Virus record (IMG/VR): IMGVR_UViG_3300045988_171260 | Length of the DNA stretch: 29,802 bases | Source: a virus | Strand: one strand, 5' to 3' | Shown: one piece after another, positions 6,854 through 14,267 of the stretch | Layout of the letters: each line of letters begins with the position of its first letter | Numbering within the stretch: position 1 is the stretch's first letter | Program-made: the position numbers and the translations under genes | Notes under the pieces: model-generated | Told to the model about the DNA's origin: nothing | Databases searched by the model: none | Seen by the model: only the letters and a program-made list of their open reading frames with translations

Positions 6854-6913
6854 CGGATCCGAGTCCTTTGAACTCGGACCGCTGATTATATCACAGCCGC
6901 CGCATTTTGTCAA
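6854..6913 (-). promoter_or_regulatory. Consensus promoter (TTGACA-17-TATAAT at 6885-6913) whose transcript begins with a GC-rich hairpin (6854-6881)
   Basis: Reverse complement reads ttgaca aaatgcggcggctgtga tataat cagc, then stem cggtccgagt/actcggatccg. Same promoter-plus-5'-hairpin architecture as at 10667-10695, 10850-10878 and 14239-14267. Confidence 0.55.
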
Positions 6914-7195
6914 TAGGCAAATTATATAAATTTTTCATTATTTTTTTAGTAATATTGCACAAAAAGTCATTTTTACCAAAAATTTCATTAAAAATAGGAT
7001 TTTTTTTGGTAAAAATGACTAAAATAAATAAAAATGTACAAAAAAATAGCCAAAAACCGCGTAATTTTTGGCTATTTTATATAGAATATAGAATTTTATT
7101 GAATTTTTATAAGAAATTTTAGTTATTTTGTATAGAATAGTCAGAAATGTAAATTTTCTGACTATTCTACGTAATTTTTAGTTACCTTGAACTGC

Positions 7196-7591
7196 TTACT
7201 CCTCTACAGCTTCCTCTTCCTCTTTTGCAAGAGAGAAATAAGGAACTCTTTTTTCAACTGTTCTAACTACCTCTCCAGATTCGATAAGCTGTTTAAGAAG
7301 AGCCGATAATTTCTGAGAAGAAAGTTTACTCATTTCAGAGTTTTCCTTAATCATGGTTGAAACTGTAACAGGTTTATCAAATAACTCCAAAGCTACAAGA
7401 ATAAGTTTTTTGACTTCCTCATTTTCTTTCTGGTTTTTGGTTTTTTTACCGCTGGAAGATTTTTTATTCAACAGCTCGATTTCATGTCTGAGAAAGTTAA
7501 GTGCTTCTTCTTTTGGTTCAAAGCTACTTTCTTCCAGAAAAGCACTGATAGTTTCAAACCAATCTTTTTTTGTCATTTTGTCTTTCATCAT
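7196..7591 (-). CDS. Hypothetical protein (~131 aa) with C-terminal winged-helix-like segment. Track start 7597.
   Basis: ORF track. Conserved leader gaggtaATGaatATG. C-terminal VTVSTMIKENSEMSKLSSQKLSALLKQLIESGEVVRTV resembles a wHTH. 13-bp perfect inverted repeat gaatagtcagaaa/tttctgactattc downstream at ~7147-7179. Confidence 0.65.
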   Translation of the reverse strand: MMKDKMTKKDWFETISAFLEESSFEPKEEALNFLRHEIELLNKKSSSGKKTKNQKENEEVKKLILVALELFDKPVTVSTMIKENSEMSKLSSQKLSALLKQLIESGEVVRTVEKRVPYFSLAKEEEEAVEE

Positions 7592-7624
7592 ATTCATTAC
7601 CTCTTTCTTTCTTTTGATATATTT

Positions 7625-7653
7625 ATTATAGCATACTTTTTTGTTTTTGTCAA
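7625..7653 (-). promoter_or_regulatory. Consensus promoter TTGACA-17-TATAAT for 7196..7591, part of a duplicated ~70-bp promoter-leader module
   Basis: Reverse complement reads ttgaca aaaacaaaaaagtatgc tataat aaatatatcaaaagaaagaaagaggtaatg. An identical module recurs at 7880-7947. Confidence 0.65.
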
Positions 7654-7684
7654 TTACTTTTTTTATTTTTTTCTTTTCTGGTGC

Positions 7685-7873
7685 TTATCTAATGTAAGCA
7701 CCAGCAATAGACTTAACAGAGCCATCAGCATTGAAAAAGATAACATTATTCTGGATAACGTTGATACCTTTATTCTTTGCAAAATTTCTGAACACAAAGT
7801 CTGTATTCCAGAGTTTGATAAAATCAGCTTTTCTCATGCTTGCAAAACCTTTTGTGTAATTCATTGTTCTCAT
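7685..7873 (-). CDS. Hypothetical small protein (~62 aa). Track start 7879 (TTG).
   Basis: ORF track. Preceded by an exact copy of the 7604-7670 promoter-leader module. ATG at 7873 has proper GAGG spacing. Confidence 0.55.
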   Translation of the reverse strand: MRTMNYTKGFASMRKADFIKLWNTDFVFRNFAKNKGINVIQNNVIFFNADGSVKSIAGAYIR

Positions 7874-7906
7874 AGACAATACCTCTTTCTTTCTTTTGAT
7901 ATATTT

Positions 7907-7935
7907 ATTATAGCATACTTTTTTGTTTTTGTCAA
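7907..7935 (-). promoter_or_regulatory. Consensus promoter TTGACA-17-TATAAT, second copy of the duplicated module
   Basis: Same sequence as 7625-7653. Confidence 0.65.
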
Positions 7936-7951
7936 TTACTTTTTTTATTTT

Positions 7952-8155
7952 TTAATTTTTTCCAAGATACTCTTCAAGATGCTCGTTTAAGAAATTTATA
8001 GTTTCATCCAACCCGTGAATCTCACAAAAGTTTTTAAAAGCTTTTTCAAGTTCTTTTGCTCTTGTATCTTTTATAACTTTTACGCAAGTGCCATACTCTT
8101 CTTTTGTAATAACAAAAGGAACGCATCCATCTTCTTTCAACGTAAAACTTCTCAT
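7952..8155 (-). CDS. Hypothetical small protein (67 aa)
   Basis: ORF track. RBS aaagggg. A 10-bp stem hairpin (8175-8203) lies immediately upstream of the RBS. Confidence 0.55.
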   Translation of the reverse strand: MRSFTLKEDGCVPFVITKEEYGTCVKVIKDTRAKELEKAFKNFCEIHGLDETINFLNEHLEEYLGKN

Positions 8156-8174
8156 CTTATAGCCCCTTTCTGTC

Positions 8175-8232
8175 CTTGCTACTGCCTACTCAGCAGTAGC
8201 AAGTTTGTTAAACTGTCTAATTTTTATTTTTT
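8175..8232 (+). terminator. Hairpin cttgctactg/cagtagcaag followed by a T-run on the plus strand. Intercistronic hairpin on the minus transcript; possible antisense-transcription terminator.
   Basis: 10-bp stem read from the sequence. Followed by tttgttaaactgtctaatttttatttttt. Confidence 0.35.
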
Positions 8233-8598
8233 CTTCGGCGGTCTATGTTTGATTAACGAAATTGAGTATTCCGCACCGCCAATTTTAAAAGTAATTTCTT
8301 TTTGCGGATTTGCAATGGTCACATTTTCAAAGTTTATTTCCTCAACTTCTTTCAAGTGATTTGCTAAAATCTCAATGATTTTAACTTTTTCCGCATCTAA
8401 CTTCACCTCACGCTTTTTCGTGCTTTTTTTCTCTGGCGTACTCTGGACATAATTCTTAATGCCTTTAGCCTTAATCTCCATTTCTGCCATTTCAAGAGCT
8501 TCCTCTTTTGTTACGGGTTCTCCATCCGCTTCAAATTCTTTCATAAGCTTAATAGCAAGCTTTTCGATTGCATCTGCGGTCACTGCTGTTTTAGCCAT
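8224..8598 (-). CDS. Hypothetical protein (124 aa), Lys/Glu-rich
   Basis: ORF track. Promoter-leader module with TTGACT-17-TATAAT at ~8618-8690, duplicated at 9413-9478. Confidence 0.6.
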   Translation of the reverse strand: MAKTAVTADAIEKLAIKLMKEFEADGEPVTKEEALEMAEMEIKAKGIKNYVQSTPEKKSTKKREVKLDAEKVKIIEILANHLKEVEEINFENVTIANPQKEITFKIGGAEYSISLIKHRPPKKK

Positions 8599-8671
8599 GT
8601 TACATCACATCCTTTTTAAAATTTACTATTAACTTGTTACAATGGTATTATATCGCACCTTAGTTTAAAAG

Positions 8672-9382
8672 TCAAGCATTTTCGTGTAATTCTTTTCTTT
8701 TTTTCTGCGGTAGTCTCCAACATGACGGCTTAATACTTCTATCCATTTTTTTATGCTGGTCAAAACATTTTTTCATAATTTCAATTTCAATTTTTACATC
8801 TTCTAAACCTGTATGAGATTCTACAAAATCAATATTCTTTTTAATATATTTATAGCATACCTCAGCGTTAGTTAAAAGATTGCCTTTTTCAGACTCAAAT
8901 CCGTTTTTCTCAGCAAATTTGATATAGGTGTTTGTACTTAAAATCATCTGGCAAGCCATATTCCAAATACAAAAATATTCTGTGCCATAAGGGAAAAACC
9001 AGCGAATAAAACTTTTGCTATGGTATCTAATAGCATTGTTTAATGCTTTTCTATCAAAATTCATATTGTAAGCACCAACTTTTTTCACATTATATTCTTT
9101 CATGTCTGCAAACATCTGTTTTCTAATATTGAAGATGCTTTTCATGGTTCTTTTTCCGCTTTTTAAATCATCCCAATATTTTGGGATTTTTTTAGCGTAG
9201 TAGGCACTATTCATAGCTTCTTTCAAGTCAATAAATGTCTCAGCGACTACAAAGCTTCTTTCGGTGACAATGTTACCGTGTCTATCTGCAATAGCATAAC
9301 CAATATCATAAGGGATTGGCTCATTTACACTATTCGCAGTTTCTGTATCCAATACCATGAAAAACTCTTTTCTTCTACTCAT
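8672..9382 (-). CDS. DEDDh (DnaQ-like) 3'-5' exonuclease (~236 aa). Track start 9397 is a TTG.
   Basis: Exo I VLDTETA. Exo II YNMNFDRKAL. Exo III HTGLEDVKIE. ATG at 9382 with GAGGAAA RBS 6 nt upstream. Confidence 0.8.
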   Translation of the reverse strand: MSRRKEFFMVLDTETANSVNEPIPYDIGYAIADRHGNIVTERSFVVAETFIDLKEAMNSAYYAKKIPKYWDDLKSGKRTMKSIFNIRKQMFADMKEYNVKKVGAYNMNFDRKALNNAIRYHSKSFIRWFFPYGTEYFCIWNMACQMILSTNTYIKFAEKNGFESEKGNLLTNAEVCYKYIKKNIDFVESHTGLEDVKIEIEIMKKCFDQHKKMDRSIKPSCWRLPQKKRKELHENA

Positions 9383-9480
9383 TTTTGATTTCCTCAACTT
9401 TCATTTATTTTTTTTACTATTAACTTGTTACAATGGTATTATATCGCACCTTAGCTTAAAAGTCAAGCATTTTCGTTTAT

Positions 9481-9656
9481 TTTTTAAAATCTTTTAACTG
9501 CTGGTTTGTAGACAACTCTTTAATTTTATATTTATGTAATCTGTTGTTTAAACAATAAATGCATGAACCATGGTTTCTGCACTGCATTGATATTGCTTTT
9601 GCTTTGCGGTATTCTTTTCTATGCTCTTTACCACTTTTAATTGCTTTGTCCATCAT
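9481..9656 (-). CDS. Small Cys-containing protein (~58 aa), below the 60-aa ORF-track threshold
   Basis: Hand translation MMDKAIKSGKEHRKEYRKAKAISMQCRNHGSCIYCLNNRLHKYKIKELSTNQQLKDFKK. AGGTGG RBS 6 nt upstream. 18 nt after the stop of 9674..10147, in the same operon. Confidence 0.45.
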
Positions 9657-9673
9657 GTTTAACCACCTACTTT

Positions 9674-10147
9674 CTATAAGAAATTTTTTAATACTTCCAT
9701 GATATTGTTTACATCAAAACTATTTTTGCCCCACTCTTTTCTATTGCGTTCCTCGTCATCAAAAAGCCATCCCTTACAATCAACGACAGTACTTTTTGGT
9801 GTACCATAGTTTACAATTTTGATTTCATCCCATTCAATACTAGGCAAGTGTTTTTCAAGCCATGCAAGTTTTACACTTGTTACCGCCGTATTATAAGAAG
9901 CTGACCCGCTTTTACTTAACCAGCTTACAATACCGATTCTATAGCCATTAGCTTGTAACTTGTGAAGCACTCTTGCGAAAGCTGAAAAATTGAAAAGCGG
10001 TTTTGCTACTTTGTATGGTGTAGTATCTTCTTTTTCCAAATATGCTAACCAGTTTTCCACGCCGTAGAAATTAGCAAGTGTGCCGTCCATGTCAAAATAA
10101 ATAGTTCCCTTTGTGTTCATCATTTCTTTAATTGTATTATTCATCAT
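9674..10147 (-). CDS. HAD-superfamily phosphatase, possibly 5'(3')-deoxyribonucleotidase-like. Track start 10159 is a TTG.
   Basis: N-terminal DxDGT motif IYFDMDGTLANF. Size ~157 aa. ATG ATG at 10147/10144 with GGGAAGG RBS. Product specificity is inference. Confidence 0.65.
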   Translation of the reverse strand: MMNNTIKEMMNTKGTIYFDMDGTLANFYGVENWLAYLEKEDTTPYKVAKPLFNFSAFARVLHKLQANGYRIGIVSWLSKSGSASYNTAVTSVKLAWLEKHLPSIEWDEIKIVNYGTPKSTVVDCKGWLFDDEERNRKEWGKNSFDVNNIMEVLKNFL

Positions 10148-10591
10148 AATATCTACCAATCCTTCCCTTTTTGATTATCGCAAGTGCTTTGCGATTGACC
10201 GACCAATGATTATGTGAACCTTGCTTTGTTTCTGTTTTTTAAGTTTAATGTCCTTCGACAAGTATATATTACTACATCTTAGCGAAAAAGTCAAATTTAT
10301 TTTTTATTGTGCAAAGTGATGAAAATTTTACATAAAAATCATAGTATTTTTGTTAAAATGTACAAATGTAGAAAAATAATGCGGATTTAGGCAGATTTTT
10401 GTGCATTTTGCTATCTTAAATATCACATATTGTGTTTCTGCGTGTCAAAAAAGGTATGATTTTTTATTAAAATTTCGTCACTTTGCACAAGGTGTAGAAA
10501 ATCTTAGCATTATTTTATTAAATTTTGTACATTTTGTACACCATGTCAAAAAATGGGATTTTTTTAATTTATTTTTTGTGCAAATTGCCTA

Positions 10592-10621
10592 TTGACAAAA
10601 AGGTGCTAGATGTGGTATAAT
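10592..10621 (+). promoter_or_regulatory. Consensus promoter TTGACA-18-TGgTATAAT. Transcript starts with the GC hairpin 10627-10648. No downstream plus-strand gene.
   Basis: ttgaca aaaaggtgctagatgtgg tataat. Preceded by a tttgtgcaaattgcc tattgaca upstream element. Confidence 0.6.
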
Positions 10622-10666
10622 AAAATTTCGGGGTGCCCCGACCCCGAACGGAATTCGTCTACCTCC

Positions 10667-10695
10667 ATTATAACACAGCCGAGCCACCTTGTCAA
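10667..10695 (-). promoter_or_regulatory. Consensus promoter TTGACA-17-TGtTATAAT, convergent with the 10592 promoter. Its transcript runs through the same hairpin and then a U-run.
   Basis: Reverse complement reads ttgaca aggtggctcggctgtgt tataat. The predicted ~45-nt RNA ends in stem ttcgggg/ccccgaa plus AUUUUAUUAUA. Confidence 0.55.
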
Positions 10696-10705
10696 GAGTT
10701 TTTTC

Positions 10706-10740
<35 letters not shown>

Positions 10741-10783
10741 AATTTTAGGATAAAAATTTTAAAAAATTTGTGCATTTTTTCTC

Positions 10784-10812
10784 TTGACAAAATGTCTCAA
10801 CTATGTTATAAT
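10784..10812 (+). promoter_or_regulatory. Consensus promoter TTGACA-17-TATAAT. Transcript starts with GC hairpin 10821-10847.
   Basis: ttgaca aaatgtctcaactatgt tataat. Upstream tttgtgcattttttctc element. Confidence 0.6.
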
Positions 10813-10849
10813 GGAAGGCTCGGCTCGCATGGGCTGCTCGCGAGCCGCT

Positions 10850-10878
10850 ATTATAACACATTTTCCGCGACTTGTCAA
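10850..10878 (-). promoter_or_regulatory. Consensus promoter TTGACA-17-TGtTATAAT, convergent with the 10784 promoter across hairpin cggctcgc/gcgagccg
   Basis: Reverse complement reads ttgaca agtcgcggaaaatgtgt tataat agcggctcgcgagcagcccatgcgagccg. Confidence 0.55.
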
Positions 10879-10896
10879 CCCCTTTTAAAAAATTTT

Positions 10897-10972
10897 TTTA
10901 TTTTCGTCATTTTGCATAAAAATAAAATTCAGCATTTTGCACAAATTTTATTTTCGTCATTTTGCATAAAAA
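10897..10972. repeat. 26-bp direct repeat tttattttcgtcattttgcataaaaa, two copies with period 50
   Basis: Copies at 10897-10922 and 10947-10972, read from the sequence. Confidence 0.75.
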
Positions 10973-10998
10973 AACAAAAGCCTAAATTATATAGGCTT
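10966..10998 (-). terminator. Rho-independent terminator ending the 11018-13771 minus-strand gene block
   Basis: Stem aagccta/taggctt (10978-10998) followed on the minus strand by uuguuuuuuua. Confidence 0.6.
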
Positions 10999-11017
10999 TA
11001 TCATTACTCTTATTAAG

Positions 11018-11224
11018 TTATTTAGTATTACATTTACATTTTGCTTCTGTAATAATTTCTGTCTGATTAATTTCTGTATTGCTATTGTTATTAAAAAAAT
11101 GGTCTGAGCCTTTTGCTAAAAAAACTATTATAGTTGCTAGAATCATTCCGATTATAAGAAAACCAATTAGACCATTCAAATCTCTTCTAAATTCTTCATC
11201 TGTTGGGGCTTTTTCTTCTCTCAT
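11018..11224 (-). CDS. Small membrane protein (68 aa, one TM: LIGFLIIGMILATIIVFLA)
   Basis: ORF track. Hydrophobic core. ATG start. Confidence 0.55.
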   Translation of the reverse strand: MREEKAPTDEEFRRDLNGLIGFLIIGMILATIIVFLAKGSDHFFNNNSNTEINQTEIITEAKCKCNTK

Positions 11225-11270
11225 TTATTTTTTCCTTTTTTTAGAGTTGTGAGTTGTGAATTTCATGGAC

Positions 11271-11450
11271 TTAATTATTATTAAGTCCATGAAACTTTTT
11301 ATTTTCTCGTTTCATTATTGTTTCATAAGCAATCTCTACTATTTCTTTTGAAATATTTTGATTTTCTGCTATTTTACAGAACATAATCACTGTATCATTT
11401 TCAAACCCTTTTACTTTAATTACATTATCCATCATCTCTGTTCTTGTCAT
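11271..11450 (-). CDS. Hypothetical small protein (~59 aa). Track start 11471.
   Basis: Promoter TTGACA-17-TATAAT at 11483-11511 places the TSS ~5 nt from the 11471 ATG. Internal ATG at 11450 has AAAGAGAGGAAAG RBS. Confidence 0.5.
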   Translation of the reverse strand: MTRTEMMDNVIKVKGFENDTVIMFCKIAENQNISKEIVEIAYETIMKRENKKFHGLNNN

Positions 11451-11530
11451 TATTGCTTTCCTCTCTTTCATTTGATAATGTTATTATACACTACTTTTGA
11501 AAATCTGTCAAGACTTTTTTATTTTTTTTC

Positions 11531-11767
11531 TTAACTATTTTTTTTACTTTCAACCATGTTTTTTGTAAATTCATTACTAAACTTTTCGCATGTTTCTTCT
11601 GATAAGTCCGCTCTTAATGCAATAAACTCCATAACCGTACTGACACCATACATAAATGATTCTTTACCATTTTTTGCATCATATTTCCCAGAGAAGAATG
11701 ATGGCGATTTTTTTTTCATATCCTCAAATACTATTTTATAAGCCTCTTCTAATTTTTTATTCTCCAT
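11531..11767 (-). CDS. Hypothetical small protein (~78 aa). Track start 11779 is GTG.
   Basis: ORF track. Promoter TTGACA-17-TATAAT at 11800-11828, whose -35 is embedded in the 8-bp-arm palindrome ggtcttga/tcaagacc (11811-11832). Confidence 0.55.
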   Translation of the reverse strand: MENKKLEEAYKIVFEDMKKKSPSFFSGKYDAKNGKESFMYGVSTVMEFIALRADLSEETCEKFSNEFTKNMVESKKNS

Positions 11768-11843
11768 TATATATATCACTCCTTTTCTCTTATGGCTTAA
11801 TTATACTATAGGTCTTGACTTTTGTCAAGACCTATTTTATTTT

Positions 11844-12104
11844 TTATTTTGGAAGAATAACTTCAGCCTCAACAGGCACTACTTTCTCAGACGCCATAAA
11901 AGCTCTCATGTATCCCGTAGCAAGATTAACCGCAATGAATCTACCTTTTTGTCTCTCCAAGAAAAAACCGCTGTTCCTATCAATAATCATGTACAATCCA
12001 ATTTCATCAATACCACCTCTTTGAGTAATACTAAAAAAAGTTTTTCCTATTGTTAAGTCATTAATGCAAATTTCTGTTGCTTTTTTATCATAATTAATTT
12101 TCAT
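11844..12104 (-). CDS. Hypothetical protein (86 aa)
   Basis: ORF track. GAGAGG RBS. ATG at 12104. Confidence 0.6.
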   Translation of the reverse strand: MKINYDKKATEICINDLTIGKTFFSITQRGGIDEIGLYMIIDRNSGFFLERQKGRFIAVNLATGYMRAFMASEKVVPVEAEVILPK

Positions 12105-12204
12105 TTTAATTACCTCTCTTTCTTATTTAATTTCTTTAAAGATACTTTCACTTGTGGCATTACATAACTTATTATTTACGTTATACTTATCATAAAGCCA
12201 CTTT

Positions 12205-12306
12205 TTACAATCCCATTTTAGCGGACAGTGATAACAAAGTTGTAGTAAAAGCTGTGGTTTCCATCGGAATTGCAAGAAATATCTTTTTAAGTTTTTTAGT
12301 TATCAT
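12205..12306 (-). CDS. Tiny hydrophobic peptide (33 aa), sub-threshold ORF
   Basis: Hand translation MITKKLKKIFLAIPMETTAFTTTLLSLSAKMGL. GAAAGGAG RBS 9 nt upstream. Promoter TTGACA-17-TATTAT at 12340-12368. Confidence 0.35.
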   Translation of the reverse strand: MITKKLKKIFLAIPMETTAFTTTLLSLSAKMGL

Positions 12307-12385
12307 ATTATTTTTTTCTCCTTTCTTTTAACTATCTTTATAATACCATATTAAAATTATTTTGTCAATCCCCTTTTATAAAAAA

Positions 12386-12425
12386 TTATAAAAAAGGAAG
12401 ATTTTTTATCTTCCTTTTACTTTTG
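12386..12425. terminator. Bidirectional factor-independent terminator (stem aaggaagat/atcttcctt, A-run before, T-run after)
   Basis: Read from the sequence at 12394-12416 with flanking homopolymer runs. Confidence 0.55.
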
Positions 12426-12447
12426 TTTTATTCTTGTTTTTTTATTT

Positions 12448-12594
12448 TTATCTTAATAATCTTAATAAATAGTTATTTTCATGCTCTTTCAAAAAAGCGT
12501 TAATTTCTTCTATTGTTTCAGCGTAAATCTCGCCTGTCTCAGTGTCTACAAGCATCAATTTTTTACTTCCTAAAAATAATCCTAAATCTAACAT
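12448..12594 (-). CDS. Small protein (48 aa), sub-threshold ORF
   Basis: Hand translation MLDLGLFLGSKKLMLVDTETGEIYAETIEEINAFLKEHENNYLLRLLR. GGAGGG RBS. Start codon lies 14 nt after the stop of the upstream ORF. Confidence 0.4.
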   Translation of the reverse strand: MLDLGLFLGSKKLMLVDTETGEIYAETIEEINAFLKEHENNYLLRLLR

Positions 12595-12608
12595 ATTTAA
12601 GCCCTCCA

Positions 12609-12728
12609 TTAAGAAATTTTTACCAGATAACCGTTTGTATTTTTTTCTACTGAAAAAATGTATTGATTATCTTTTAAGTATTTTTTTACAGTTTCAAATG
12701 CTTTTCGAGTTGTCAGTAACATTGTCAT
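12609..12728 (-). CDS. Small protein (39 aa), sub-threshold ORF
   Basis: Hand translation MTMLLTTRKAFETVKKYLKDNQYIFSVEKNTNGYLVKIS. AGAGAGG RBS. Promoter TTGACA-17-TATCAT at 12761-12789. Confidence 0.4.
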   Translation of the reverse strand: MTMLLTTRKAFETVKKYLKDNQYIFSVEKNTNGYLVKIS

Positions 12729-13223
12729 ATCCCTTTACCTCTCTTTCATTTGATAATACTATGATACTATATTTCTTTGCTTTTGTCAAGCATTTTAGGA
12801 AAATTTTCTAAAGATTTTTTTATGCGGATTTCCGCTGGAAAAACCTGAACTTAAGGAGATTATAGGCGAACCGACTCCAGAACTATCAAGTTCGGGAGTC
12901 CCTTTTTTATTTAAGGAATGATTCTAAAGCCTTGTAGCATAAATCAGCGTTTTCTTTATCTTTTATGCTAGTACCTTTAGAAAAGTCATTCATAGCGGCT
13001 GTCAGTAGTTCTGGTACTGAAATAAATTCAAATCCAACTGTAAAGCCGCCAATTCATTAAGATTGACTTTTTTCATCGGTTCTTTCTTATCTCCTTTTTA
13101 AATATTTTATTTTCTTTACATTATTATTATATCAAATTTTTTAATAAAAATCAAAAAAGATACTTTATCTAAACAAGCAAAGAAAAGGGCTGAACTTATT
13201 CCGCCCTTTTCCCACACTTTCCG

Positions 13224-13490
13224 CTATCCTATTATCTCTGCATCTGTAATAATATCATCTGTCACATTATTAGTCCCTAAAGAATCCATGTGCAATTTAA
13301 CTTTATCTCTTGCTTTAAAGCCGTCCCCGTAGAAACTCCAGACATGTCCGTAGCTATCCATAACAACCACCTCATTATTAAAAGAGCTAATCACCTTAGC
13401 TTCTCTTGTGTACTTAGTAAAGCTGTCAAAACCGCAAATACTAATTAAAGTTGCACTTACTACTAATCCTAAAATTACCTTTTTCATCAT
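13224..13490 (-). CDS. Secreted small protein with N-terminal signal peptide (~88 aa). Track start 13502 is TTG.
   Basis: MMKKVILGLVVSATLISICG hydrophobic N-terminus. GGAG RBS inside the end of the upstream gene. Hairpin terminator ~13165-13211 downstream. Confidence 0.6.
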   Translation of the reverse strand: MMKKVILGLVVSATLISICGFDSFTKYTREAKVISSFNNEVVVMDSYGHVWSFYGDGFKARDKVKLHMDSLGTNNVTDDIITDAEIIG

Positions 13491-13492
13491 GT

Positions 13493-13771
13493 TTAACTCC
13501 AACCTCTTTCTTTCTTAATCTTTTCGTATCTTTCTTTTGCTTCTTTTTCAATCTTCTTTTTGTCATACATTCTAATTTTCATTCTAGTATATCCGTCTCT
13601 TTTTAAACACCAACGTTCTGTTTTACGTTGTACTACTATTTTATCAATAGCTCTTTGCTGTACCTCTTGCTTATGAGTGTTGTAATATTTGATACTCTCA
13701 ATTTCTAATAAAGTACTTATTGGTCTGTACTTATTGGTTACACTAAACAAAGTGCATTGAATTGTTATCAT
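13493..13771 (-). CDS. Hypothetical basic protein (92 aa)
   Basis: ORF track. GAGAGG RBS. Own consensus promoter at 13800-13828. Confidence 0.6.
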   Translation of the reverse strand: MITIQCTLFSVTNKYRPISTLLEIESIKYYNTHKQEVQQRAIDKIVVQRKTERWCLKRDGYTRMKIRMYDKKKIEKEAKERYEKIKKERGWS

Positions 13772-13799
13772 CTTCTTATCACCTCTCTTTTCAAGTATT

Positions 13800-13828
13800 A
13801 TTATACTACCTTATTATACCATTGTCAA
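13800..13828 (-). promoter_or_regulatory. Consensus promoter TTGACA-17-TATAAT for 13493..13771
   Basis: Reverse complement reads ttgaca atggtataataaggtag tataat. Confidence 0.6.
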
Positions 13829-14238
13829 GCGTTTATTTATAGTATTTTTATTCGTCTTAATGCATATTTATTTATGTATATTTATTCACATTGCTAGTTA
13901 GCTTTACATATTTTATATTTATATCCTTTTATAAATTTTATAAATTAAATTATAAAATAAAATATAATATATCAGTTATTGCATTGTTTTACTTAATATT
14001 TATTTAAGCATATCTTTCTTATTATACTATTATGTTATTCTATTATAACTATTATAAGACAAGAGTCTTACGTTGAATACACTATTATTATTATTGTAAC
14101 ACTTCTATAAAAGTAATTACATAATATAAAATATTATTATACTTATACTTTGTATGTATTGTTATAGTATAATATTATTATACTGTTATTATTATTATTA
14201 TTATTATTATCTTTCCTTTATCTTAAGCTTAATCTCTC

Positions 14239-14267
14239 ATTATAACACCTTTAGCTCATTCTGTCAA
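14239..14267 (-). promoter_or_regulatory. Consensus promoter TTGACA-17-TGtTATAAT firing into the gene-free, extremely AT-rich tract 13830-14230
   Basis: Reverse complement reads ttgaca gaatgagctaaaggtgt tataat. Its -35 is the first copy of the TGTCAATAGACA 12-mer. Confidence 0.5.

Noticed and set aside
6907-7122. Plus-strand ORF of 71 aa
   Set aside because: Lies within an intergenic region made of inverted repeats (agtcatttttacca/tggtaaaaatgact; tagccaaaaa/tttttggcta). Low complexity, no RBS.
7353-8359. Plus-strand ORFs 7353..7631, 7484..7990, 8015..8359 and 6403..6597
   Set aside because: All antisense to minus-strand genes that have promoters, leaders and RBS. Phe/Leu-rich artefacts of an AT-rich antisense strand.
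11811-11832. Palindrome ggtcttga/tcaagacc considered as a stand-alone operator
   Set aside because: It exactly embeds the -35 TTGACA of the 11800-11828 promoter and sits at a gene junction. It is more simply a promoter with a terminator-like stem for the upstream gene, though a dual role cannot be excluded.
12542-12811. Plus-strand ORF of 89 aa
   Set aside because: Antisense to three RBS- and promoter-supported minus-strand micro-genes. Low-complexity product.
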